DNA of 64,000 nt from positions 1 to 64,000 of the IMG/VR virus record IMGVR_UViG_3300028563_000011. The stretch is one strand, 5' to 3'. The position numbers were made by a program, and so were the translations under genes. Positions 1 to 7,921 of this stretch are shown one piece after another (within the stretch, counting starts at the first letter, position 1; every line of letters starts with the position of its first letter). The DNA is from a virus. The notes under the pieces are model-generated. The model was not told where the DNA came from, ran no database searches, and saw only the letters and a program-made list of their open reading frames with translations.

Positions 1-26
1 ACGGCTACTAGGGGGGGGGGGGAGGT

Positions 27-269
27 TTATACTGGGTATAAACCAATCAATTCCCCATCTTCACCTACCTGTCCACTTAGAAAGTGCTTCCCTTCAGCAC
101 AATCAATATAAAGTGATTGAAACCGATCTTTGAACCTTGAATCACTTTTGATTGTACGTTTTTCACCTTCAGGAATACAATCAAAGCCCCCATCACATTT
201 TACGGTTTGTCCCTCCTTACAGGTCGTAATATGTGCCCAAGGCACACCAAAGGTATCAGTCAGAGGCAT
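27..269 (-). CDS. hypothetical protein (Cys/His-containing)
   Basis: 80-aa ORF with GGAG upstream, co-oriented with neighbours. Confidence 0.6.
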   Translation of the reverse strand: MPLTDTFGVPWAHITTCKEGQTVKCDGGFDCIPEGEKRTIKSDSRFKDRFQSLYIDCAEGKHFLSGQVGEDGELIGLYPV

Positions 270-284
270 CTAATTCTCCAAATG

Positions 285-791
285 TTAGAGTTTACCCTTA
301 TGGACCAAGAAATCCAACATTCCCGACTGAACATACCCAGGGTAAGAACGCTCAATTGCAATGGGTATATTTCCTATGTTACATAGCATTTGTCTTAAAC
401 TAACCTCACCAAAGAAAGAGAGATAATCAGCTTCGCAGCGCGCTACCATCCTACCCAAAATCACTAATTGAACAGGATCAAGTATACTTGAAGAAACCCG
501 CCCTTCTAAGTGCTTACAGACCATAGCACAGTTCTCAACGTAAGAACTCGGAGCAGACTTTTTCAAGATAAAGTTGTTGAGGTCTTTTGCTACTGTACCC
601 CGCCTCTGTAATTCATATACAATTCCTAGAGTTAACCAATCGTTGAACTCTTCATTCTTGTCCTCTGCCTTAGTCTTACCCTGACCCAATAAAAATGACA
701 CTCGCGTTTTTACTTGCTTAAGCTCATCAGGCGAAAGCTTCGGGAGTAAGGCCAAAATTTCTTGAAATTTAGTAGTCATCACATATGACAT
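285..791 (-). CDS. hypothetical protein
   Basis: 168-aa ORF in leftward operon. Confidence 0.7.
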   Translation of the reverse strand: MSYVMTTKFQEILALLPKLSPDELKQVKTRVSFLLGQGKTKAEDKNEEFNDWLTLGIVYELQRRGTVAKDLNNFILKKSAPSSYVENCAMVCKHLEGRVSSSILDPVQLVILGRMVARCEADYLSFFGEVSLRQMLCNIGNIPIAIERSYPGYVQSGMLDFLVHKGKL

Positions 792-803
792 GTAAATAAA
801 GCA

Positions 804-1193
804 CTAAACCAAATTCTCCCTTTCAATACTTCCTGCTCGCGCAAAAACAACCAAACCAAAAATAATAGGTTCGGGGCCTACCTTCTCACGAAGAGCCCTC
901 CTACAATCCTCCATACTTTTACCAGTCGTATAAACATCATCAACAATAAGGTATGAATTTGCTGCAGGATCACAATATGATTTTAGAGCATCAGCAAATC
1001 GCACAGCATTGTCTATAGTACTTCTCGACTTACCTTTAGGTACAGGTATAACCTCTTTATATACAAACCTCCAATTTTGAGACATAAACGCAAGAGTTTT
1101 CCAAACCTCTTCTGTAAGGTAGTCACAATCAATCTTCCATCTGGATTTTTGTCCAGAACTCAAAGTAAAATCACCAAGACGAAATAAACCCAT
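804..1193 (-). CDS. orotate phosphoribosyltransferase-like (type I PRTase) protein
   Basis: FTLSSG.KS..ID N-terminal motif and PRPP-binding loop LIVDDVYTTGKS; start moved to ATG 1193 (GGAG upstream; the longer GTG start runs through a terminator). Confidence 0.8.
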   Translation of the reverse strand: MGLFRLGDFTLSSGQKSRWKIDCDYLTEEVWKTLAFMSQNWRFVYKEVIPVPKGKSRSTIDNAVRFADALKSYCDPAANSYLIVDDVYTTGKSMEDCRRALREKVGPEPIIFGLVVFARAGSIERENLV

Positions 1194-1205
1194 ACTTACT
1201 ACTCC

Positions 1206-1241
1206 AAAAAGGTAGAGGGGAGGGATCAATCCCTCCCCCTT
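1206..1241 (-). terminator. Rho-independent terminator after vWA gene
   Basis: minus strand GGGGAGGGA-TTGA-TCCCTCCCC followed by TTTTT. Confidence 0.7.
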
Positions 1242-1244
1242 CAC

Positions 1245-1865
1245 TTACTTATTAAAATCAGGCTTTTCTTCAGCAGAATAAGACATAGACTGACCACTAG
1301 CCCCAAAAGCCGCTCGTTTAAGAGCCATACTGCGGAAAGCAGTATCCAACTTTGCCTTACCAACACTCAGCGTAGCAGCGGAAGCGTTCCCGTAGGAAGC
1401 GGCTTGGACAGCATTATCAAAATCAGCCCCAAGGAAGATCACCTGCCAACCTTTAGTGCGACAGCTGTCCAACAATGCCTTAGCCTGAGTGTGAGTGTAC
1501 TCCCTGGAAGCATTTTCATGCCCATCAGTAATGATGATCAACACAACCTTATCGTATTGAACACCATTTAAACCAGCCTGAGCACGAGTAACCAACTTAC
1601 CGATAGCATCATTCAAAGGAGTATAGCCACGAGGCTTGACTTCTTGTTCAGTAACCGGCTTCCAAGTCGCAGGGATAATCCTATCCCGGACCACATCAAA
1701 GGTAGACTCACCACCCACACGCTCATCAAACAAAGCAAGGGTAACCCCCGTATCTACGTTCTTTTCAACAAGATCAGAAACGTAGCTATTGAGCGCGGAA
1801 AGAGTTTCCTTCCAACGATCACTCATAGAACCAGAACGGTCCAAGAGAATAAAGTCATGCTGCAT
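1245..1865 (-). CDS. von Willebrand factor A domain protein
   Basis: MIDAS LLDRSGSM, TPLNDAIG, ITDGHENAS motifs. Confidence 0.9.
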   Translation of the reverse strand: MQHDFILLDRSGSMSDRWKETLSALNSYVSDLVEKNVDTGVTLALFDERVGGESTFDVVRDRIIPATWKPVTEQEVKPRGYTPLNDAIGKLVTRAQAGLNGVQYDKVVLIIITDGHENASREYTHTQAKALLDSCRTKGWQVIFLGADFDNAVQAASYGNASAATLSVGKAKLDTAFRSMALKRAAFGASGQSMSYSAEEKPDFNK

Positions 1866-1907
1866 TGTAGTTCTCCAAAGTTGTGTATAATATCATACTA
1901 CTTGTAC

Positions 1908-2371
1908 TTAAATCCAAGTAGTAGGGACTTTATGACCAGGCCCAAAACATAACTCTTGATCTCCATTAGGCCAGATTATAGCTAAAGGCTTGTGGATCTT
2001 TAGAGCGTAACGAATTGTAGCCCAAGTCCCACTACCAATCATCTTTTCTTCATAGCCATAAGGACAAGCTAACACAAAGTCAGAAGAATCAACAATATTT
2101 TTGTTGCGTTCTAGTGGGGGTTTTACGGGTCAATTATGTCACCATCTTCAAAACCCCCAATAAATTCATGACAAGGTCTCAACCTTACCTTTAGTTTTAA
2201 CTCTTTAGCGATAACATGGAATTGAGTATCAGCCCCTTCTGCTGCACCATGTGTTACCCAATCTGGCTTTATTTCAACTAAAACTTGCTTTATACGAACA
2301 AGCTGGATAGGACTAGCTCCTTTACGAGTACCAGTAAACCCTACAACAACAGGTATTTCTACAGTTTCCAT
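1908..2371 (-). pseudogene. SLOG/DprA-like (YspA-like) protein interrupted by a 1-nt frameshift near 2127
   Basis: N-half GFTGTRKG...HGAAEGAD ends at 2123; shifted frame continues KPPLERNKNIVDSSDFVLACP...GSGTWATIRYA..IHKP to TAA at 1908-1910. Confidence 0.75.
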
Positions 2372-2376
2372 TTGTA

Positions 2377-2835
2377 CTACACTTTCACTTTTAACTTAAC
2401 ACCGGGGGGCTGGTACGCATTGTACATCTTGTTGAAGTGAAGCTCACAATACTTGGCGTTACATAGCACAGGTTCTCCACAGTAACATTCCAAGTCCCGA
2501 GGATCCCCTACAACAAAGTGACACTGTTGTGAAGTGAGAGAAGCTAAGGTCTTGCCTTTGTACGGAACAACAGGCTTAAGTTGCATCCGGGGTACTGATA
2601 CTTTATCCGCTATGTCTTGTAGACGCCTGATTTGGTTAACACTGTCTGGAGTTTTACCTTTCAATAAGATTTCTATCTTTTTACGTATAGCACTACTTGT
2701 TGCTTTATGTCCGTTCTTGTCTACCGGGAGTAAAGCTGCAATATGAGCATACCTTTTGCCTTCTTGGTACCATTTTAAGATTTGATCAAGAGACTCAGTA
2801 TTCCAGAGATGTTTGGTGAAGTTATCTTTACGCAT
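2377..2835 (-). CDS. gcrA: GcrA-family cell-cycle regulator homologue
   Basis: N-terminal W...L..W..G.....IA..L....T.SAI HTH-like region; C-terminal CHFVVGDP...YCGEP...YCELH...AY. Confidence 0.8.
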   Translation of the reverse strand: MRKDNFTKHLWNTESLDQILKWYQEGKRYAHIAALLPVDKNGHKATSSAIRKKIEILLKGKTPDSVNQIRRLQDIADKVSVPRMQLKPVVPYKGKTLASLTSQQCHFVVGDPRDLECYCGEPVLCNAKYCELHFNKMYNAYQPPGVKLKVKV

Positions 2836-2948
2836 TTTTATTCCTTAAAAGGGTGGAGGAGTTATTCTAACATACTCTTTTGAATAAAACCACCCGATCA
2901 ATTACTTCATCATAAAGATTATTTATGGTTTGTTGGATTAATAGAATA

Positions 2949-3338
2949 TTATTCTTCCCAAGGTGGTTTTATACAATTTGACTCATTTGACGTTATATCA
3001 GATGACGTTAACTCAACTCTTGGTTCTTCTTTTACCGTATTTGTGACTGGTTTGTCCTTAAATACCTTAAACCTATCAGGCATGATCAAAGTTGTATTAC
3101 AGTTGGGATTAACACATCTAAACCATTGAGAATAATAGTACGGTTGATTCAGATGTTTTTGAGTTATCTTAAGATGAGACTGTACTTCAGTTATTAAACC
3201 ACATCGCGGGCATAATTCACCGTAAGGATCAGTCTTAAGTGATTTATTAGTTTTAGTAAGATATTCAAGTGTTGCTTTAAGCAAGTCTTCAAAAGACTTA
3301 TATTTTAATCCTCTTAAATATCGTTTACTATGCTTCAT
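2949..3338 (-). CDS. hypothetical zinc-ribbon protein
   Basis: CPRC...C.NPNC motifs; AGGA upstream. Confidence 0.65.
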   Translation of the reverse strand: MKHSKRYLRGLKYKSFEDLLKATLEYLTKTNKSLKTDPYGELCPRCGLITEVQSHLKITQKHLNQPYYYSQWFRCVNPNCNTTLIMPDRFKVFKDKPVTNTVKEEPRVELTSSDITSNESNCIKPPWEE

Positions 3339-3401
3339 ACGTTGTTTTCCTTAGCCTTAAATACATCCATATCCTTACTTAACTTCATCAAAGCGGTGTT
3401 T

Positions 3402-3745
3402 CCATACCTTGGCTTAAGCACAGCCAAGGTATGGTGACTTCACCTGAAGGGAGCCACTGTCCATACAGATCCAACAACCCAGTAAAGGGTAAGCCCAGAA
3501 CATCGTAGGGGCTTTTACGTTGCCTTGAAGGTGCAGAGACTGATCACCGCCGATCTGCTAACGGTGGCTCCTTGGGTCGTATAGTACCGTTGCCCAAACT
3601 TGTGACAAACCGTGTCACTTTTAGTGCTCTATTACAAGCACAATTGTCTTTACAGCCGTCAACGCCACTATGTATTGGCGTTATGTAGGTTTATTCCCAG
3701 ACTACTTTTTAGTAGCTGGGCTTGGTAAATTTATTTTTACCAAGC
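3402..3745 (+). other. densely structured non-coding region (candidate ncRNA or ssDNA origin)
   Basis: 13-bp perfect inverted repeat 3402-3434, long-range stem ~3449-3460/3561-3573 enclosing nested hairpins, four to five further hairpins to 3745. Confidence 0.5.
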
Positions 3746-3760
3746 TGGCGAATTTTAGCG

Positions 3761-3791
3761 TTGACTTTGTTATATGGAAGCAGTATATAAC
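3761..3791 (+). promoter_or_regulatory. putative sigma70 promoter
   Basis: TTGACT-17 nt-TATATA; 10-bp inverted repeat (3720-3745) just upstream. Confidence 0.5.
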
Positions 3792-3794
3792 TTG

Positions 3795-3881
3795 TCAACG
3801 GGTGTGGGTTTCGCCTGCAACAGCTTTACCACACTCAGCCCAGGGGGGTTTTAATTAGCCTCGCCTGGGCACTTCTTTTTC
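3795..3881 (+). ncRNA. candidate ~85-nt small RNA
   Basis: follows promoter; hairpin GGGTGTGG/CCACACTC, then GCCCAGG/CCTGGGC hairpin and TTCTTTTT tail; no convincing ORF. Confidence 0.45.
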
Positions 3882-4069
3882 TATAGCCTACTTACATACG
3901 TTTCGTAAAGTTGTTTATTAGGCCCAAAACTGAGTCTAGGGTCTTCCCATAGAAGTGACGTTTGGGAGTGCTTGGGAGGGGAGCGCTAGGAGGGCCTAGG
4001 TCCCTCCATTTTACCTCCTCCACGAGCTCCTAAAGCCGAATTAGACCCTATCCCTAGAAAAGGGACCCC

Positions 4070-4148
4070 CACCATCAACTACCATGGAGCCCCCACCATG
4101 GAGTTCACCATCAAAATAGACCCCAAAATCACCATACGGTGTCACCGT
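4070..4148. repeat. six YACCRT direct repeats (iteron- or pac-like)
   Basis: CACCAT/TACCAT/CACCGT at 4070, 4080, 4094, 4106, 4130, 4143. Confidence 0.55.
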
Positions 4149-5045
4149 ACGGATATTGTGGTTTTTCATTGAGTTTTGGGGATATTGATCCCCCCTGGGG
4201 CTTTCCCCCTTCCAGGGCGGGTTCCGAGCTCCCCCCCCCCCCGGCCAAGCTGGAAGCCTCCGAACCTTCCGCCGTTCGGGGCGTTTTAAGTAATTCTACG
4301 AGCCGTTACTTCGATTACTTGGATTTACTTAAGAAGAGCCTTGTAAGAAAAACGGCCTCTACTGTAAAAATGCAAGGTTTCGATGTATTAAAGAATTTGA
4401 CTTTTTTCGACCGTTTTGGTAGAATGCCCCTGGGTTTGGAAGGCCGTAACGCCCCGAGCGCCCTCAGAGGCCGCCGCGCGGTAGCGCGGGTAGGCGAAGC
4501 TGCGAAGCGGGCTCCAAGCTAACCGCCAGCGAGGCCAACTGCCTCCGGTATAACGCTCCAGGACGCGCGCAAACGCGGCCACAGGATCACGCTAGGGCGC
4601 GCAGGCCGGGACCGTCATTCGCTGCAAGGTCAGGGTCAAGACCACGCGCGAAGCCTCGAACGGCGAGTAGCGCGAGTCAGCCCGGATTGCGCCCAGAAAA
4701 GTAGGGTGCATTCACCCACCGGCGAGGCGGGTTAAAACGGCTGGCGTCGGAACAACCCCAGATCCTTTGGAAGGCGCAAGCCGGCTAGGCCGAGCCCGTC
4801 TTCCGAGCACTTTTGCCCCAATGCAACCGAACGGATCCGCGTGGTACGGCGTAAAAACGCCGTTCTCGCTTGCTAAACGCGGCGTTGTCGGATAGTTAAA
4901 GGCGAAAAAGGCTCGGAAAGGCGTCAGCGCTACGCACGGAAATCGTCCTTCCAGATAAAAGCACAGGGCAGTCACCGCGCGGTCAGAGCGCGCGGCGTCA
5001 CAGGCCGACGCATACAAATTCGGATCGATCTCTCTCCTCCTATGA

Positions 5046-5091
5046 GCGGCGGGTGACGTTGAGGCTTCGAGCCTCGGGGTTTGCCTGCCGT
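5046..5091 (+). promoter_or_regulatory. early-arm RNA hairpin element, divergent copy 0
   Basis: GCGGCGGGTGA / GAGGC-TTCGA-GCCTC / GGGG / TTTGCCTGCCGT. Confidence 0.45.
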
Positions 5092-5179
5092 CGTTCAGCA
5101 TGAATTCCGCCTCCTCGTGGCGCTGAATGGGCAACGCGCAATACCGCGCGGCTGAGAGAATTTTATAGGAGAGAGAACT

Positions 5180-5728
5180 ATGATGACCCTCAATACCGAA
5201 GCCAACACCACCGACACCAACAAGTCCGAGGCGTCCTCCGTTGCCAAGGCACTGCTCGATGCAGTCAACGCCAAGGCGAAGAAGGCCAATCGGGCCGAAC
5301 GGCGCGCGGCGGCGAAGGCCATGGCGAAGGCTTCCAAGGAAGCGGCGCAGGTTGCTTCCGAGGTTGCTCCGGCTGCTCCGGCGCCGGTTCAGGAAGTCAA
5401 GTCCCCGGAAGTGCCGGTCCAACTCACGGCCAGCACGCGGGACTATGCTTCCATGCGCCGTTTCATAAAGAAGTACGGGCGCAGCGCGGTGGAAGGCGCC
5501 TTGCGTGAGGTTGCCAAGGAAGTCAGCGGCCGACGGATCTTTGCGCCGACGGACGTCATCACGCTTCTGAAGGCGGAAAATCCGCACGCTCGCGGCACCA
5601 AGAACTGGAAGCGTTGGAACAAGTACCGCAATGGGATGACCGTTGCGGAAGCGGTGAAGGCGGGCATCGAGCGCGCCAACATCCGTTACCTCAACAGCAT
5701 CAATTACATCGCGGTCAGCGGTGGCTGA
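5180..5728 (+). CDS. first early gene; Ala/Lys-rich N-terminus, basic C-terminal domain (possible DNA binding)
   Basis: ATAGGAGAGAGA RBS; C-terminal NP..RG....RW..Y..GMTVAEA...G domain. Confidence 0.85.
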   Translation: MMTLNTEANTTDTNKSEASSVAKALLDAVNAKAKKANRAERRAAAKAMAKASKEAAQVASEVAPAAPAPVQEVKSPEVPVQLTASTRDYASMRRFIKKYGRSAVEGALREVAKEVSGRRIFAPTDVITLLKAENPHARGTKNWKRWNKYRNGMTVAEAVKAGIERANIRYLNSINYIAVSGG

Positions 5729-5773
5729 GTGCAGCTAGGGCGGTCCCCGTAGGGACCGCCTTATGGTGTACTC
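5727..5773 (+). repeat. early-arm RNA hairpin element copy 1
   Basis: GAGTGCA-GCTAG-9-bp stem-TTATGG-TGTACTC. Confidence 0.85.
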
Positions 5774-5788
5774 CATAGGAGAGAGAAC

Positions 5789-5965
5789 ATGTTGTACTAC
5801 GAAGAGATTTACAACTTCCTGTATATGAGTAGCTACTCCGAAGCGGAGAAAGCACGAGCTCGGTGCGAGATCACGCATATGTCGGATCAAGACTGGAACG
5901 ATTGGGTCAGTTACCGTAACCAACGCCGACGGCAGGAAGCTCACCAATCCAAAGCATGTGTTTAG
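5789..5965 (+). CDS. 58-aa hypothetical protein (not in ORF track)
   Basis: ATAGGAGAGAGAAC-ATG; MLYYEEIYNFLYMSSYSEAEKAR...KACV. Confidence 0.8.
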   Translation: MLYYEEIYNFLYMSSYSEAEKARARCEITHMSDQDWNDWVSYRNQRRRQEAHQSKACV

Positions 5966-5980
5966 CTTTGGACGGTTTGA

Positions 5981-6023
5981 GGTAGCAGCTAGCGTAGCCT
6001 ACGGGCTACGTCAGGGTGCTACT
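5981..6023 (+). repeat. hairpin element copy 2
   Basis: GGTAGCA-GCTAG-CGTAGCC-TACG-GGCTACG-TCAGGG-TGCTACT. Confidence 0.9.
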
Positions 6024-6034
6024 GCACCACGACC

Positions 6035-6064
6035 GGACCTGAGTCAAGTCCCAAAACTGACTCA
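6035..6064 (+). promoter_or_regulatory. H-type pseudoknot in 5' leader
   Basis: S1 GGAC/GTCC, S2 TGAGTCA/TGACTCA, 1-nt loops L1 and L2, L3 CAAAAC. Confidence 0.55.
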
Positions 6065-6088
6065 ACTCATCTTATAGGAGAGAGAACC

Positions 6089-6349
6089 ATGAGCTTGCAA
6101 GAAACACGTCGTGAGACCGTCAAGGAACGGCTGGCCCGGTTGGAAGCCGAAAATGAACGGCTAAATGCCGCCATCCGCAAGAAGTCTTCTAGCAATCTTC
6201 GGCTGGCGTTGGGGAACAAGAGGAATATCTCCCTCTACGGTCTCCAGAAGTGGCCCGTGACGTTCTATCGGGATCAATGGGAAAAGATCCTAGACATGGC
6301 GGATGAAATCCGTGAGTTCATCAAGAACAATCAAGACAAACTCGCCTAA
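6089..6349 (+). CDS. small protein, N-terminal coiled coil plus possible PC4-like ssDNA-binding fold
   Basis: strong RBS; ISLYGL..WPVTFY.DQW..IL....EI..FI. Confidence 0.8.
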   Translation: MSLQETRRETVKERLARLEAENERLNAAIRKKSSSNLRLALGNKRNISLYGLQKWPVTFYRDQWEKILDMADEIREFIKNNQDKLA

Positions 6350-6362
6350 AGGGAGCTTCCTC

Positions 6363-6452
6363 ATGTTCTTCAGTTGGAAAGGCGCAACCGATGGGTTAGT
6401 GTTGAACCTTGTGATTGTGCTAGCAATCATGCTTGTTTTGCATTGGCTTTGA
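6363..6452 (+). CDS. 29-aa single-TM peptide (not in track)
   Basis: AAAGGGAG RBS; MFFSWKGATDGLVLNLVIVLAIMLVLHWL; stop abuts element 3. Confidence 0.55.
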   Translation: MFFSWKGATDGLVLNLVIVLAIMLVLHWL

Positions 6453-6456
6453 TCGG

Positions 6457-6502
6457 AGTGCAGCTAGGGCGGATCCTGGATGGATCCGCCTCAGGGTGCA
6501 TT
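6457..6502 (+). repeat. hairpin element copy 3
   Basis: AGTGCA-GCTAG-GGCGGATCC..GGATCCGCC-TCAGGG-TGCATT. Confidence 0.9.
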
Positions 6503-6552
6503 ACCGCACCAATACGGTGGAAATGGTTCCACCAAAGAGGAGAGTGAAGATC

Positions 6553-6837
6553 ATGACCGCAATGGACAACCTTCAGAGCCAAGGCTACCCGGACCAGGAC
6601 AACGTCTCCAACTTGGAGCAGGACCAGGCCCGTGTGGATGCCCTCCGTGAGGACTTCCTGGAAGCCGACGCCGAAGGTGATACGGCCCGTGCCGACCAGG
6701 ACGTGGCGGAAGCTGAGGCAATCATGGCCCAGGACCCTGCCGTCGATCCGGATGGGTCGGACGATGACGATAACGATGCTGACGACAACATCAGCACCGA
6801 TGACGGCGTCAGTGACGAAGTCGAGGGCGATCTCTAA
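6553..6837 (+). CDS. extremely acidic 94-aa protein
   Basis: GAGGAGAG RBS before ATG 6553; 32 D/E versus 3 R and no K. Confidence 0.8.
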   Translation: MTAMDNLQSQGYPDQDNVSNLEQDQARVDALREDFLEADAEGDTARADQDVAEAEAIMAQDPAVDPDGSDDDDNDADDNISTDDGVSDEVEGDL

Positions 6838-6845
6838 TCGCCTTT

Positions 6846-6894
6846 GAGTGTAGTCAGGGGGGTGCCTGAAAGGGCACCTCCTCAGAGTGCACTT
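6846..6894 (+). repeat. hairpin element copy 4
   Basis: GAGTGTA-GTCAG-stem-TCAGAG-TGCACTT. Confidence 0.85.
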
Positions 6895-6955
6895 TATTTT
6901 GAGAGATTTATGGTAGCATAAAGACCTAGATGAAAGGTTTTTATGGTACCACCGC

Positions 6956-7002
6956 GAGTGTAGCCAGGAAGGTGCCTTCGGGCACCTTCTCAGGGGGCAC
7001 TT
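6956..7002 (+). repeat. hairpin element copy 5
   Basis: GAGTGTA-GCCAG-GAAGGTGCC-TTCG-GGCACCTTC-TCAGGG-GGCACTT. Confidence 0.85.
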
Positions 7003-7035
7003 TGAAAACACCAAGCATAGGAGAGAGAATCAATC

Positions 7036-7227
7036 ATGGCTTCCAATGCCAAGTCCGACAAGAAGGATCGCCACAGCAAGAGCAAGCAAAACTTGCGGTA
7101 CATAAATGAACGGCGACACGCCAAGTCGCACGTCAAAAGGTTGAAGAAGCATTTGGAAACTCAACCTGACGACAAACTTGCGAAGATCGCTTTGGCAAAA
7201 TACAAGATCGAAGCTGGGGTCTCTTAA
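7036..7227 (+). CDS. highly basic 63-aa protein
   Basis: strong RBS, K/R/H-rich. Confidence 0.8.
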   Translation: MASNAKSDKKDRHSKSKQNLRYINERRHAKSHVKRLKKHLETQPDDKLAKIALAKYKIEAGVS

Positions 7228-7273
7228 GTCCAACTAGGGCGGTCCCTACGGGATCGTCTCAGGATGCACTTAA
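7224..7273 (+). repeat. hairpin element copy 6
   Basis: TTAAGTCCA-ACTAG-stem with TACG loop-TCAGGA-TGCACTTAA. Confidence 0.85.
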
Positions 7274-7294
7274 GCATCACATAGGAGAGAGACC

Positions 7295-7423
7295 ATGGGG
7301 CGTTTTGAAACGCCGGATCAAGATAACACCCAAGTCAAGGTTGGCTTGGCGGCAGGCATGTTTTATGGCTTCGCCATAGCCGGGGTTTTTCTGCTGCTGG
7401 CCTGGTTGGCCTCAGGAGGTTGA
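7295..7423 (+). CDS. 42-aa single-TM protein (not in track)
   Basis: ATAGGAGAGAGACC-ATG; hydrophobic C-terminal half. Confidence 0.75.
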   Translation: MGRFETPDQDNTQVKVGLAAGMFYGFAIAGVFLLLAWLASGG

Positions 7424-7428
7424 GCGTA

Positions 7429-7474
7429 AGTGCAGTGCAGCGCAGTCTTACCTTAGACTGCGTCACGGTGCACT
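7429..7474 (+). repeat. hairpin element copy 7
   Basis: AGTGCA-GTGCAG-CGCAGTCT..AGACTGCG-TCACGG-TGCACT. Confidence 0.9.
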
Positions 7475-7512
7475 CATACCGAGTGTCCCCAACCCGGAAA
7501 GTAGGAGAGAGG

Positions 7513-7830
7513 ATGACGAAAGAACATTCCCATACAAATGGGCATATGGGGCATTTTGACTTTGTGGAAATCAAGTCCACGGATGAAAGGCTTCATGGCC
7601 CATATCCAGTGATCCTTGATGTTGGATCCTTCATCTGGATCCCAGCGTCACAGGATATCACAGCCATCCCGGAAGTCCAGCTTGTCACAGACGGACGTAG
7701 CTCAGGCCTAGACGGTGATGGAAATTGCATCGCAAGCGTTCCTGCGGCGTGGTGTTCCTTCATCTCTGAAGCTCAGGCCATCGATCTGGCCGAAAGCCTA
7801 CAAAGGAAGGAGGAACCTGCCTCCGCCTAA
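7513..7830 (+). CDS. hypothetical protein
   Basis: GTAGGAGAGAGG RBS before ATG 7513. Confidence 0.75.
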   Translation: MTKEHSHTNGHMGHFDFVEIKSTDERLHGPYPVILDVGSFIWIPASQDITAIPEVQLVTDGRSSGLDGDGNCIASVPAAWCSFISEAQAIDLAESLQRKEEPASA

Positions 7831-7832
7831 CC

Positions 7833-7891
7833 GAGTGTGACGAAGCACAGTCTCCTTTTTTCACAGGGGGAGACTGTGTCACGATGCACTC
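7833..7891 (+). repeat. hairpin element copy 8
   Basis: GAGTGTG-ACGAAG-CACAGTCTCC..GGAGACTGTG-TCACGA-TGCACTC. Confidence 0.85.
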
Positions 7892-7921
7892 TTGTGGCAT
7901 CTTATAGGAGAGAGAACCCCA

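Noticed and set aside
11-22. 12-G run at the window start
   Set aside because: Cannot be distinguished from an assembly or homopolymer artefact; no context.
4139-5587. Long ORFs 4139-4522 (+), 4388-4582 (-) and 4712-5587 (-)
   Set aside because: GC-rich stop-poor sequence, no RBS, R/A/P-biased translation; the longest is antisense to a well-supported gene.
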